Shown here: positions 9,452 through 18,774 of the stretch, piece by piece
Layout of the letters: the number at the start of each line of letters is the position of its first letter
Numbering within the stretch: the first letter of the stretch is position 1
IMG/VR virus record: IMGVR_UViG_3300009008_000002
Source of the DNA: a virus
Lineage: Duplodnaviria > Heunggongvirae > Uroviricota > Caudoviricetes
DNA length: 64,000 nucleotides
Direction: 5' to 3' (one strand)
Translations under genes and position numbers: made by a program
Notes under the pieces: model-generated
Told to the model about the DNA's origin: nothing
Seen by the model: the letters and a program-made list of their open reading frames with translations, nothing else
The model's database searches: none

Positions 9452-10181
9452 TTTCGTCACCCAACATCAATTTGTAGTCGTCAATGTAACTTGAGAAATT
9501 GTCAAAGTGTCCCCGCATATTTTTGATCAACCAATCTTCCAATATAAGACCGGGATAATCCCTTACAGGGCGCAAAGTCTCGCACACTTCCTCTGGCTCC
9601 AATTTTTGCCAACATTCGTAGTAGGGTCGGCCTTGTTCTCCCGCCTTGAGCCTTTCCAGCATTTCCTTGAAAGTTCGCTCTTGTGCTTCCTCATCCTCAC
9701 CAGACGGAGGAATCATCTTTTTGTCGCCACCAAATATTAATTGGCCATATCTGGTTCCGAAAGGATGTTCGTCCAACATGAAATAACTGCCCCAAAACAA
9801 TTCAATCTGGGCAGTTAAATCTTCACCAGCACAATTTTGAGCAATCCAATTTTGGTCTACATTCGGCAGCGTTGGGCAGAAGATTAAATCTCCTGGTTGT
9901 GGGTATCGTTTGGCAAAGGCAACCCATAAGTTGCTAGTCATGCCTTCCTTGCATATTCGGTGGAAAATCACCCAAGGGAAAGACAGGTATAGCATATCGG
10001 CATGAGGTTGAACTGCATCCTCCCATCGAATTCGGTTGCCTTCCTCGTCATGGTAGTCTTCCATTCGCACACGGGCATGATCCAATTTAACTTTGGATAG
10101 AAAGGCTACGGTTCTTTTACGAGGCGCGTATATCCGTGTGGCTTCCGTATCTCCAAGTAGGCCGATAATTCTACTTCTCAT
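9441..10181 (-). CDS. Prokaryotic E2 (family D)-like protein
   Basis: LSFPWVIF...CPTLPNV...C...FWGSYF pattern. Confidence 0.4.
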   Translation of the reverse strand: MRSRIIGLLGDTEATRIYAPRKRTVAFLSKVKLDHARVRMEDYHDEEGNRIRWEDAVQPHADMLYLSFPWVIFHRICKEGMTSNLWVAFAKRYPQPGDLIFCPTLPNVDQNWIAQNCAGEDLTAQIELFWGSYFMLDEHPFGTRYGQLIFGGDKKMIPPSGEDEEAQERTFKEMLERLKAGEQGRPYYECWQKLEPEEVCETLRPVRDYPGLILEDWLIKNMRGHFDNFSSYIDDYKLMLGDENGS

Positions 10182-10211
10182 CAGTCTTCCTTCTCTGGAA
10201 TTAATCTACAA

Positions 10212-10556
10212 TCATTGTTGCATCGCCGCTTTTGCAGAACCTTTCTTTAAGGTGCGAGCTATACCAATGATCATTTCAAAACCGCTACGTGCTTTCTGAA
10301 TTAATTCTTCAATTGAATCTCCCTCAAAGCAGACACCAGAAGCGATGTAGAGCTTCCACTTGTTTTCTATCTGGACGACTCGCAACGAATGGGTCAGCGT
10401 AAGCGTGATGCCCATAGCCGGATTGTGGTCGTGGGTGCTAAAGTGGAGGGAACCACCGCCATTCACTATTGCAATGGGTGGACCTTTGACTGAAAAACCA
10501 TTGCGATTTAATTCTTCACCAATGTCAGTGAGAACGTCTGTGATTTCAGGCGTCAT
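10212..10556 (-). CDS. Hypothetical protein, tandem paralog 3
   Basis: KWKLYIASGVCFEGDSIEEL motif. Confidence 0.7.
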   Translation of the reverse strand: MTPEITDVLTDIGEELNRNGFSVKGPPIAIVNGGGSLHFSTHDHNPAMGITLTLTHSLRVVQIENKWKLYIASGVCFEGDSIEELIQKARSGFEMIIGIARTLKKGSAKAAMQQ

Positions 10557-10884
10557 GTAACATTCCTTCTTTGATGCAACTTTTTAATACGTTGACGATA
10601 GTATCCAGCCCACCCTGCATGACTTCAACCAAATCGCAAAATTCATCAGCCGTGAAAACGACACCACCCTCAATTAACATTTCCCATTTTTCATACACTC
10701 GCCTAACCGCAACCGTAGACCACTTATCCGTAGTCACACAAATGTCGAAAGCCCAAGTCGGATACTCCGCATCTTTAACTCGTTCTGAAGCATAAGCCCG
10801 ATACTTGCCGTCCAATTTATAACTGTCGTCAATACTATCGGCCATACTGTCAAGAGTTTCAGTTATGATTTCGTCGCTAATCAT
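10546..10884 (-). CDS. Hypothetical protein, tandem paralog 2
   Basis: KWEMLIEGGVVFTADEFCDL motif. Confidence 0.7.
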   Translation of the reverse strand: MISDEIITETLDSMADSIDDSYKLDGKYRAYASERVKDAEYPTWAFDICVTTDKWSTVAVRRVYEKWEMLIEGGVVFTADEFCDLVEVMQGGLDTIVNVLKSCIKEGMLHDA

Positions 10885-11516
10885 TTTTGCACACACTCTC
10901 TTCTTTTTATTTTGGCACAACTCCGACATACTTCCAAAAGTTTGGAATGCACGCCTTCTGTGCCGTCCAAAATCATGTCGTCTCCGATCATTTCGTCAAG
11001 TTCTTCTAGGGTATCCGCTCCAAAAACAATGCCTCCATCAACGTGTAGCGACCACTCATGTTCGATACCCAATTCGTTATCAGGACTTGCCCAGTGTAGA
11101 CTCACAATCCACTCTGGCCACATGGCACCCTCGCAAGCCTCGAATCCCCATGATTCCTCATCAATTTCATCCGGCACACCGTAAATCCAAAATTCCTGAT
11201 CCAGTGCATCGGCTAACTTGCGAAGCATTTGATAAGCTGGTTCGGCGTCCCACTCCAGCATTTCATTTTCGTCTTCGTCTTCGTCTTCGTCTTCGTCTTC
11301 GTCTAGCTCTTCAAGTTCTGTGCCTGCCCACACATCATCTTTATCTTCTTCCCAAAGTTCATCAGTATCCATTTTTTTTATTTCCTTATACCATGCTTGA
11401 GCTATTTGTTCATCCGTCGATTCTGAAAGCCAAGACGTAACATAACCTGCGTCCCGAAGGACTTTGACTCGTTCCGCTCGCCTTGAAAACATTTCTGCTG
11501 GGGATTCGTGCATCAT
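10881..11516 (-). CDS. Acidic hypothetical protein, tandem paralog 1
   Basis: EWSLHVDGGIVFGADTLEEL motif; DE repeat linker. Confidence 0.75.
   Translation of the reverse strand: MMHESPAEMFSRRAERVKVLRDAGYVTSWLSESTDEQIAQAWYKEIKKMDTDELWEEDKDDVWAGTELEELDEDEDEDEDEDENEMLEWDAEPAYQMLRKLADALDQEFWIYGVPDEIDEESWGFEACEGAMWPEWIVSLHWASPDNELGIEHEWSLHVDGGIVFGADTLEELDEMIGDDMILDGTEGVHSKLLEVCRSCAKIKRRECVQK
11268..11303. repeat. (TTCGTC)x6 microsatellite encoding Asp-Glu repeats
   Basis: Six exact copies. Confidence 0.9.
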
Positions 11517-12061
11517 TCTGTGAACCCTGCCATTTCTATTTTAATTTCAGGCCCCAGGTCCACTTGGAAATCTGGTGGCACAAAAAACTTCTGTTCCTGT
11601 TGTCTCAGGGCGAGTTTAAGCTGTTCATCTTTATGACGCTTAAACACCCTATCCTCATAATCCTGATATGTTCTGGCGTAATCAGCATCACCCGGCCACT
11701 TGTCAGAAATCCCCTCGTCCGAAATTATACCATTGAAACGAACCGCCACTTCATTTAAAACCACTGAATCAATCCACCAGACAAAATGCCCACCGCCGCC
11801 ACCATGACGCATTTCAAATGAGCGCCTTGTATTTAACCAACACACACGGAGACTGTCATTGTGGCGATACCATTCCCAATCAGATCCAACATATTTTAAA
11901 AGCCAAGTATGTGGACCCCATCCGGGTTCATCGGCAGTGGATTCGTGATAATCGTAGCCCAGAATCCCTTTGAAGTGGGACTCATTTAATTCATCCAGCA
12001 TTTGAGAAATTCTCTCAGCCGACATGAATTTCTTGGTCTTCACGAAACCATGATTGGACAT
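11513..12061 (-). CDS. Hypothetical protein
   Basis: ORF track; GAGG RBS. Confidence 0.75.
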   Translation of the reverse strand: MSNHGFVKTKKFMSAERISQMLDELNESHFKGILGYDYHESTADEPGWGPHTWLLKYVGSDWEWYRHNDSLRVCWLNTRRSFEMRHGGGGGHFVWWIDSVVLNEVAVRFNGIISDEGISDKWPGDADYARTYQDYEDRVFKRHKDEQLKLALRQQEQKFFVPPDFQVDLGPEIKIEMAGFTE

Positions 12062-12075
12062 TGGTAATCCTCATT

Positions 12076-12294
12076 TTACAACACACCCGCCAATGCACCT
12101 TCAAGAACATATGCGAGATAGCGAGTGTCATTTTCCTGGCCTGTTGCTTTATTAATTCTTTCTATGTTGGGCTTAACTACTTCCTCCTCTACGATAGAAG
12201 CAAACTTGCCGCCTTTCGCATGTTCTGCAAATAAGCGGCAAGCGTGATCTATTTCTTCGTCCGTGAACATTTGTCCCAACGAAAGTGTTTTCAT
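12076..12294 (-). CDS. Hypothetical protein
   Basis: ORF track. Confidence 0.7.
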   Translation of the reverse strand: MKTLSLGQMFTDEEIDHACRLFAEHAKGGKFASIVEEEVVKPNIERINKATGQENDTRYLAYVLEGALAGVL

Positions 12295-12383
12295 TTAAAA
12301 CTTGAACCCATCAATTGTGTCTTTCACCACTTCATCAATTACGTCTCTGACGGCCTTGAGGGTGAGGATGTTCCAAGCCTTCC

Positions 12384-12752
12384 TCAGTGGCGTCTTCGAC
12401 CACGTTGCCGTTTCCTCGTCCCTTTGCCCTTGCCCTTGCCTTTGTTGCCATGTCGCTTGATGCTGATTATTCCGTCGTTCTCTAGCTGCTCCTGTCGTCG
12501 CGCAGCCTCTAAGGCGCGCATACGCTTGTTCCTCTTTCGTTTTTTTTTACGCGCCCCAAAGCCCACGCCTTCTAATTCAAAATCATCCTTGTGTGCTGGA
12601 CGTGGAATCGAACCTTTAAATTCGATCATTTTAACTTCAAGGCCATTCTTCGCCATTTGTATGCATCCGGCCTCACTGTCGCATTTTACCCAGAGAGGGC
12701 GACCCTGATCGTCCTTTCGCACCCTGCTTTTGTAGAGATACAGCTTTGCCAT
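12384..12752 (-). CDS. Highly basic protein
   Basis: K/R-rich C-terminal half. Confidence 0.65.
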   Translation of the reverse strand: MAKLYLYKSRVRKDDQGRPLWVKCDSEAGCIQMAKNGLEVKMIEFKGSIPRPAHKDDFELEGVGFGARKKKRKRNKRMRALEAARRQEQLENDGIISIKRHGNKGKGKGKGTRKRQRGRRRH

Positions 12753-12787
12753 TTTTTCGCCTTCGCCTTTTATTCAATCAATTATAA

Positions 12788-13201
12788 TCATGCAGCTTTT
12801 TTCAGGAAACGTGCAAGCAAGCTGTCCGACTTGGCTTTCTCTGTCAGAATCACACAACCAAACCCATCATCTTCTACAAGTCCCTTCCTGATCAACTGAC
12901 CCTGAATAGCGTAGTTGGCTTGTTTCTTCCATTCCCTAAATGGGAGTGGTAGCCTGGATAGGATTTCTATGGCTGTATCAGAAAGATTGGGGCGCTCGGC
13001 CAAGACTCTCCCTTCATCGGTAATAATCATTCGGCCATCTACTATCGTAGCAAACCCCTTCGACACCAGTGCATCCCGCGTTTGTTTACGGATTTTGGTA
13101 GGCTTCATCGGCAGGACACGTAGAACGGCATGTTCGTGGTCAGATAGCCTTATTTCCTTGCCGTTTTTCTTCCCGATTCGCCTGTTTGGTGCTTCTCCCA
13201 T
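12788..13201 (-). CDS. Protein with two tandem winged-helix-like repeats
   Basis: LSDxxxxVLxxLP...LVxKG...IITDEG repeated as LSDxxxxILxxLP...LIxKG...ILTEKA. Confidence 0.65.
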   Translation of the reverse strand: MGEAPNRRIGKKNGKEIRLSDHEHAVLRVLPMKPTKIRKQTRDALVSKGFATIVDGRMIITDEGRVLAERPNLSDTAIEILSRLPLPFREWKKQANYAIQGQLIRKGLVEDDGFGCVILTEKAKSDSLLARFLKKAA

Positions 13202-13400
13202 TTTTCTTCCCTCTCTCTTGGATATTCGGAATGTTCCTGTCTCTTGGAAGGAACCGTTACGGTATTCGTTCCGTAACTTGCTCTATTATTCATCAAATCA
13301 GCAGAATGATCAACGAGGTTGCAACGATTCCAAGCATCGAGTCGGGATCACGTAACTAGCCGTTGAGTGGGAAAAGGGATAATTAAAAGAAGATGCTTTT

Positions 13401-13898
13401 TCATTCCTTTGTCCTTTGTAATAGTGCGGTTTTCTCTCTCATTTCCGCAACAGCCGTCTCAAGCTGCCGCCTTTTAATTTCCTTGAGTTGTTCGGGAGAT
13501 TCAGCCGTTCTTTGTTCAGCAATAACTTTCATGCGCCTAAGCATGTCACCAGACCGCATTCGTTTTTCCCATTCTTCCCTTGCCTCACGACACTCTTCGC
13601 AATTACAATCAGGATAGAATGTTCCGAAATCTTCGACGGGCACGGCGGGACGTTCGCCCTCTTCGGCAACGTAATCTGGATAGAAGAAATGGAAGCCATA
13701 AGATTGAACCAGTTCCCCTACTCGGCCAAGGCTTTCCAAGGTGACTTTTTCTTTGACTACCAACAAGTAAACACCTTCAGTCTCCTCTTGCAGTTCGCAC
13801 CCAGCCTGCACCTTCAGACTGCGCCTCAATTTGGGAAGTGACCTTTCCAAATCGGCTTCTGGATTGATCTGAACTCGAATGTTTGCCATGTTATTCAT
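13401..13898 (-). CDS. Hypothetical protein
   Basis: ORF track. Confidence 0.7.
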   Translation of the reverse strand: MNNMANIRVQINPEADLERSLPKLRRSLKVQAGCELQEETEGVYLLVVKEKVTLESLGRVGELVQSYGFHFFYPDYVAEEGERPAVPVEDFGTFYPDCNCEECREAREEWEKRMRSGDMLRRMKVIAEQRTAESPEQLKEIKRRQLETAVAEMREKTALLQRTKE

Positions 13899-14025
13899 AT
13901 AACTTGTAGGTTTCGGGTTTTTCGACCCTCCACCATCTCCAATTTTTTTCCTATGTATCTCGCATCCGTCTGCGCAGATCGGATTCCCCTGAGACTACTT
14001 AGCTCCAATTTTGGATGCTATGCCC

Positions 14026-14053
14026 ATGATAGCATAATATCGGGCATTGTGAA
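14026..14053 (-). promoter_or_regulatory. Early promoter TTCACA-N16-TATCAT (extended -10, TGC)
   Basis: Matches five-copy consensus. Confidence 0.7.
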
Positions 14054-14058
14054 GTTAA

Positions 14059-14316
14059 TCAGCCGTCTCCATCTGCCATTTCGCCTAGTTGACCCAAGAG
14101 GTTGTAGCTGTTTCGTCTCGCAATGGTTGCTCGATTTTTGATTTCTGCAAATTTCTTATCGTCAGGGTATTGATCACACAACTGCAAAACAACATCCGTC
14201 ATATCAATGATCATTTGTGCTTCGGTGCAAGACGATTGTGCCAACCGGCGACAAGTTTCAATCCGTTCCGTTTTTCCTTTTTCGGTATTTAAACCGTGCT
14301 TAAAATCCGTTTGCAC
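14059..14316 (-). CDS. Hypothetical protein
   Basis: GGGAG RBS. Confidence 0.65.
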   Translation of the reverse strand: MQTDFKHGLNTEKGKTERIETCRRLAQSSCTEAQMIIDMTDVVLQLCDQYPDDKKFAEIKNRATIARRNSYNLLGQLGEMADGDG

Positions 14317-14330
14317 AAGGTTCTCCCTAT

Positions 14331-14696
14331 CTAAAAAAATTGCGGTTTGTATTGGTATCTTCCCAGCTTCTCTCCCACCGTCAGAAATTTCTCTACGTCG
14401 TCCAACCTACTATCAAATTTAAGAGCCACTTGTGCATCATGTGCTAGATGCATAGAACGAGCTAGACTCATCCACATGAAAAAGAGCATCACCCAAACAG
14501 GAGCAATAATAAAATCAGCTATGGAGTGTCCACGGCACAGGAAAGCCACAGGCACCAAAAGGTGGGTAAAGGCTTGAATGTAGCGAAGCCAAAAACGACT
14601 GGTCTTGCGAAACGGGATGAGAAAGAACCCTCCTATGATAATCACCCAGAGCCAAAAATCCACAGTTTGGCAACACTTTATCGCAAATGTTTCCAT
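14331..14696 (-). CDS. Membrane protein (3 TM)
   Basis: Hydrophobic segments. Confidence 0.65.
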   Translation of the reverse strand: METFAIKCCQTVDFWLWVIIIGGFFLIPFRKTSRFWLRYIQAFTHLLVPVAFLCRGHSIADFIIAPVWVMLFFMWMSLARSMHLAHDAQVALKFDSRLDDVEKFLTVGEKLGRYQYKPQFF

Positions 14697-14754
14697 ATCC
14701 TGGTCCCTTTACCCTAGCACAATCCTACAACCGTGGCGACAATTTGGCGCAAGC

Positions 14755-14785
14755 AAAACGGGGGAGGCGATTCGCCTCCCCCGTT
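14755..14785 (-). terminator. Intrinsic terminator
   Basis: 13-bp perfect stem AACGGGGGAGGCG / CGCCTCCCCCGTT followed by T-tract. Confidence 0.85.
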
Positions 14786-14797
14786 GAGTCTTCTCGA

Positions 14798-16093
14798 TTA
14801 AGCCACTGCTCTTCGCAATCGCTCGGCTTGCGAGCGTTTGTTATCAGCCGCAACATCCACCGCTTCCATCGTTCGTTCCATCAGATCATCATACTTATCT
14901 TCCATTTCGACAATCTTCAAAATGTCTTGCTGATAAGCGCCGTTCATCAGTCGAACGCCACCATCGAGGAACGCCAGCACCTTACGAGGGTCATTCGTTT
15001 CAAGCGCCTCAGCAAGCAAGATGGAAGGCATAATCCATGCGGTATCGCCACCAAACTTGTGAACGTCCCGACAGAGGATTTTAAACAATACCTCACGATT
15101 CGGGCGCGGGCATTTCAGTTGATGCACAAACCGACTGGACAAAGCACCCGGCTTTTTCTCAGTCCCACCCATCAAACGGTCGAACTGATCTTTGTCGTTG
15201 CAGGTGCCCAAGCAAAGAATGCGGACTTCACGGACGCGCTGTTCGCGGTAATTTACTTTACGCAATTCACCACGTTCATCCAACGCACCCAACCACACTC
15301 TAAGCGCAGATTCCTCGCACTTTTCCATTTCTTCGATTTTAACAATCGGAGGGATAACATCCAACTGCTCGAAGAACATCTTGTAAATACCAGCCGAAGT
15401 TGTAGAGGTAGCGTCAAGTGACAACACCGCCTGATCACCCAACATATCAGTTACAGCACTGAGAATTTGGGTTTTCGCACAAGCGGGCAGACCCCACAAC
15501 AGGGCATGATTTCGCCGTTTTCCATCACTCTCGAAAAACGATTTTATGGATGAAAGCAACGTCCGAATTTGGGCATTCCGATCATAAATTTCGTTGAAAG
15601 TGCTGGTCAAAAGGTCATCGTCTTCAAGCAAGGCGTTGATTTGACCCATGCACGCTTCACGCACGTCTTCAAGGGTCGCAAAATCGACACCGGCAGCAGA
15701 CCTAGTTCCGGTTCCCTGCGAATCCACTCGCACACCATCCACGGCAGGGCCATCGGTCACAACGGCGCTACCTTCATTGTGTGTAGCGTGAACGATATTC
15801 CACGGGTATTGCCCAAATCGGGTGTTTTCACCCGTCTGACGGATGATTTGAAGCAACCGATGCCACTCGCGGCGAATTAAATCTTCATTATTCCTGCGCC
15901 CCGAAGTCTTCTCAAAGACCAAAGTGTAGGAATAAACTCGACCACGATGGTCAGTTTCCGTAGCATGGGGGGTGACTTGGGATGCCGTCCAACGTCCGCG
16001 ATTTCCGCCAGTTGCGCGTTCGATGATATATTCGATTCCCGGCAACTGATCCCGGTTCTGGCTAAACACCCGTTCCAATCTGACTTCGTACAT
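14798..16093 (-). CDS. AAA+ ATPase with N-terminal domain
   Basis: Walker A GLPACAKT, Walker B VKIEEMEK, sensor-1 GTCN, Arg finger LSSRF; ATG 16093 has GGAG RBS. Confidence 0.8.
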   Translation of the reverse strand: MYEVRLERVFSQNRDQLPGIEYIIERATGGNRGRWTASQVTPHATETDHRGRVYSYTLVFEKTSGRRNNEDLIRREWHRLLQIIRQTGENTRFGQYPWNIVHATHNEGSAVVTDGPAVDGVRVDSQGTGTRSAAGVDFATLEDVREACMGQINALLEDDDLLTSTFNEIYDRNAQIRTLLSSIKSFFESDGKRRNHALLWGLPACAKTQILSAVTDMLGDQAVLSLDATSTTSAGIYKMFFEQLDVIPPIVKIEEMEKCEESALRVWLGALDERGELRKVNYREQRVREVRILCLGTCNDKDQFDRLMGGTEKKPGALSSRFVHQLKCPRPNREVLFKILCRDVHKFGGDTAWIMPSILLAEALETNDPRKVLAFLDGGVRLMNGAYQQDILKIVEMEDKYDDLMERTMEAVDVAADNKRSQAERLRRAVA

Positions 16094-16147
16094 TAAATTC
16101 TCCATTGGACTACTGGGATTCGTGTTCTGGCTAAGAACATCAGGAAC

Positions 16148-16175
16148 ATTGTAACACAATTATGCAAAAAGTGAA
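16148..16175 (-). promoter_or_regulatory. Early promoter TTCACT-N16-TACAAT
   Basis: Matches consensus; overlaps the track start, implying a later true start. Confidence 0.7.
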
Positions 16176-16204
16176 GCGTGACCCCCCTAATTGAAGGGTC
16201 ACGC
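16176..16204 (-). terminator. Probable terminator hairpin
   Basis: GCGTGACCC / GGGTCACGC stem then TTCACTTTTT. Confidence 0.6.
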
Positions 16205-16230
16205 CTCACAACGCTTTTGAAGCTCCAATT

Positions 16231-16968
16231 TTATCGGGGCATTGAAGTTATCATGGCACCCTGATCATCCAGATCAAGATAACCCAGTTCTCCCAGGCAG
16301 ATAAACAACGTCGTTTTTCGAGAACCGTTATCCACCTGTTTTCCCCTGATAGTGACTCCAATACCGTTGTAGTGCGTCATCCAGTTTCTATGATGATGCC
16401 CAAAAATCCACACGTCCGGTTGATGCGACAAATAACACTCTTGCAACAACTGGCCGGTTGCTGATGGTTTGAACTTCAAACCATTTTGTGCAACGAATTC
16501 AATTATCTCTTCAGGGCAATCATGGGACACCACAATTCGAGGCTTCGCCTCTTTATATGCGTCCAATGCCTCAATCTGTTGAGCATAATTTAATTCTTCT
16601 TCAGGCCACCAGTCAATGTAAGCGGATCGCCTCCATTTATCGACACTAAATGCGCCTCGAATGTAAAAGAACTTAAATTCTCTCGGCTCTCCATATCCAT
16701 CAGGCGCAAGAGGGATGGAGTGAATACCGGAATCACCCAAAAAGTGGTCCCAGCCATCCATCGCCTCATAGTTGTCGTGATTACCGGCCACAATTTTATG
16801 ACGCGCAGCATCGACCGTTGCCAAACCACGGTAATCGAAGCCGAAATCGCCAACTTGGACAGTATATTCTGGTTTTGCAATTAGATTTTTGTAGCACCGA
16901 CCACCACGGGCCGTAACACGCCCATGTACGTCGCCTATAAACCTAATGTGTATCTTTCGTTTGGACAC
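16231..16968 (-). CDS. Calcineurin-like metallophosphoesterase
   Basis: GDVHG, VGDFG, GNHD, SHDCP and FGHHH motifs. Confidence 0.9.
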   Translation of the reverse strand: MSKRKIHIRFIGDVHGRVTARGGRCYKNLIAKPEYTVQVGDFGFDYRGLATVDAARHKIVAGNHDNYEAMDGWDHFLGDSGIHSIPLAPDGYGEPREFKFFYIRGAFSVDKWRRSAYIDWWPEEELNYAQQIEALDAYKEAKPRIVVSHDCPEEIIEFVAQNGLKFKPSATGQLLQECYLSHQPDVWIFGHHHRNWMTHYNGIGVTIRGKQVDNGSRKTTLFICLGELGYLDLDDQGAMITSMPR

Positions 16969-16974
16969 GGGATT

Positions 16975-17175
16975 TCACTTTTTCTTATCAAGATCATGCT
17001 CGATTCTGAACTCAGCGTTGGTTCTCAGATCAGGATGATAGCCACCACCAACATTACTGTTGAGAGGGTGTCCGTCAATAGCCCAATCCTTATGCACCCC
17101 TACGCTCATTATTAATTTGCACCCACTTAGGATGGGGATTAAACAAATCAGGGTGATCACAGAAATCCATTTCAT
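16975..17175 (-). CDS. Small lipoprotein
   Basis: ATG 17175 after GAGGAG; signal peptide with LSGC lipobox. Confidence 0.65.
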   Translation of the reverse strand: MKWISVITLICLIPILSGCKLIMSVGVHKDWAIDGHPLNSNVGGGYHPDLRTNAEFRIEHDLDKKK

Positions 17176-18121
17176 AGAAAAACTCCTCAAATCCATTTGT
17201 AGAAGTGGTAAAAGCAGTAGATTCACTCGTTCCACCGATTCCGGCTGGTAGTGGAGACCCCAATTTTTGAGCATATCGAACATAATCACTGAGGCGCGGT
17301 CGCCGCTTGGATTCCGGCGTCCAATCACTACTACTACTTTTGGAGCATTTGGAAGGTCGAACTGCCCTCAATTCGGGGTAGTTGTCTATATCGGGATGAC
17401 ACCATACAGCCTTTACAGCGTCCCACTCCCAAGGGCGAGTATGAACCCGTTTTAACATATCAAATAATTCTGCCGATGCGTAAATACGGCCACCTATTCG
17501 ATATTGGTTTTTAAATTTAGGCCCTGTTTTTTTTAAAGCCTCTGGGGTGCTGTTGGGGTCAATGTTTTTTTTAATTTCTTCTTCGGAATCACCCAAATAC
17601 TCTGCCAATAACCTAGAAGTGGAACTGCCGTCCCATTTTACTTCCCCTTTTTCATCCACCTTCGCCTTCGTTTGGAACCCTGTTGTGATGACAATTTTAT
17701 TTTTGATTACTTCTATCGGACCCATCCCCGACAGTCTTTGAACGTAGGTGCGAAGAAATGCTTTAAAAAGAGGGTGGTTTTCACTGTTCCAACATGCAAA
17801 AATGCCCCCTTCACCCTCTTGGGGATTGATTGGTATGTTGTTTTGAAAAAGAGAAAACCTACCTAGAATGGCCACTTTGGTAGCTTCAACTCGCCCGCGA
17901 AATGCTGGTCTTTGACCCGGAGGTAGGTGGGAAAGTTCCTGATCTGGATCGCCACCATATATGTCCACCAACATATCGTGATCATCCGATAACATGTCTT
18001 TGTGCGTCTGAGGGTGTTTATCCTCATACCACTCCCCTGATGGAGAGAATATGACCGTTGTGCTACCCGGATGATATAATGTGTCTGGGTCTACATGTTT
18101 GTAGTAATCAAGGTGGAACAT
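17090..18121 (-). CDS. Hypothetical protein, probably late-expressed
   Basis: CTAAATA 5 nt before ATG; no RBS. Confidence 0.75.
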   Translation of the reverse strand: MFHLDYYKHVDPDTLYHPGSTTVIFSPSGEWYEDKHPQTHKDMLSDDHDMLVDIYGGDPDQELSHLPPGQRPAFRGRVEATKVAILGRFSLFQNNIPINPQEGEGGIFACWNSENHPLFKAFLRTYVQRLSGMGPIEVIKNKIVITTGFQTKAKVDEKGEVKWDGSSTSRLLAEYLGDSEEEIKKNIDPNSTPEALKKTGPKFKNQYRIGGRIYASAELFDMLKRVHTRPWEWDAVKAVWCHPDIDNYPELRAVRPSKCSKSSSSDWTPESKRRPRLSDYVRYAQKLGSPLPAGIGGTSESTAFTTSTNGFEEFFYEMDFCDHPDLFNPHPKWVQINNERRGA

Positions 18122-18129
18122 AGTTTTAT

Positions 18130-18366
18130 TTAGCCCCCAGCATCACGATTTACAACGGGCCAATCTATTTCCATTTCCGCAAGAATCTCCTGCGCCTCCG
18201 GTGTCTTGTTGAGCCAATCAGTGAAAAATTTAATTGGCTCTGTGGTCGATTGACAAAGAACTGTCTCCGCATCATCCAGATTGGTGAATTCAACATTCGC
18301 TGGATCAAACCCACGCTCCAATACAAGAGCGTTGCCCAACTGCATTAGGACTTCTTTTAAATTCAT
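18130..18366 (-). CDS. Hypothetical protein
   Basis: GGAG RBS; ATGA overlap. Confidence 0.7.
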   Translation of the reverse strand: MNLKEVLMQLGNALVLERGFDPANVEFTNLDDAETVLCQSTTEPIKFFTDWLNKTPEAQEILAEMEIDWPVVNRDAGG

Positions 18367-18773
18367 GCTCTTCTCCGACTTGGTTGTGGCTGCAACTCCA
18401 GTTCATCTTGCAGTTTTCGCAACATCCCTTCTAAGTCCCTGTTTGTGTCATCCACTTCACCGAAACACAACTCCAAATCCTCATTGTAGCGTTCCTTTAA
18501 AATTCGGTGAATCTCTGGAATGACCGTGTGCCAATAAAACACGCGGCCAATCCAGATTTTTAAAGTGAATACCTCAGTGTGAAGTTTTTCCACACCGTCA
18601 ACCTTAGCAATGCGCCTCAAAAATGCCTTATCAGCCGCAGACGGTTCTCCACCTTTTTTCAACCACGTTTCGGAACGTCCTGCATCTATCACACTTGGAA
18701 TCTCTTTATCCAAGTGCAATTCAGCATAACTTGGAGTGCCTGTAGATGCATTGCCGGTCCATCGAATTCGCAT
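18363..18773 (-). CDS. Hypothetical protein, weak resemblance to Nfu/NifU N-terminal domain
   Basis: IAKVDGVEKL...W..VIPEI segment; ATG 18773. Confidence 0.55.
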   Translation of the reverse strand: MRIRWTGNASTGTPSYAELHLDKEIPSVIDAGRSETWLKKGGEPSAADKAFLRRIAKVDGVEKLHTEVFTLKIWIGRVFYWHTVIPEIHRILKERYNEDLELCFGEVDDTNRDLEGMLRKLQDELELQPQPSRRRA

Positions 18774-18774
18774 T

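Noticed and set aside
11268-11303. DE microsatellite, poly-Lys tract (about 27930-27960) and GVGPVP duplication (about 50614-50650) as functional DNA repeats
   Set aside because: They are in-frame low-complexity protein linkers
13256-13277. Hairpin GTTACGG / CCGTAAC in a 200-nt intergenic gap as an ncRNA or riboswitch
   Set aside because: Only one 7-bp stem, with no recognisable family features
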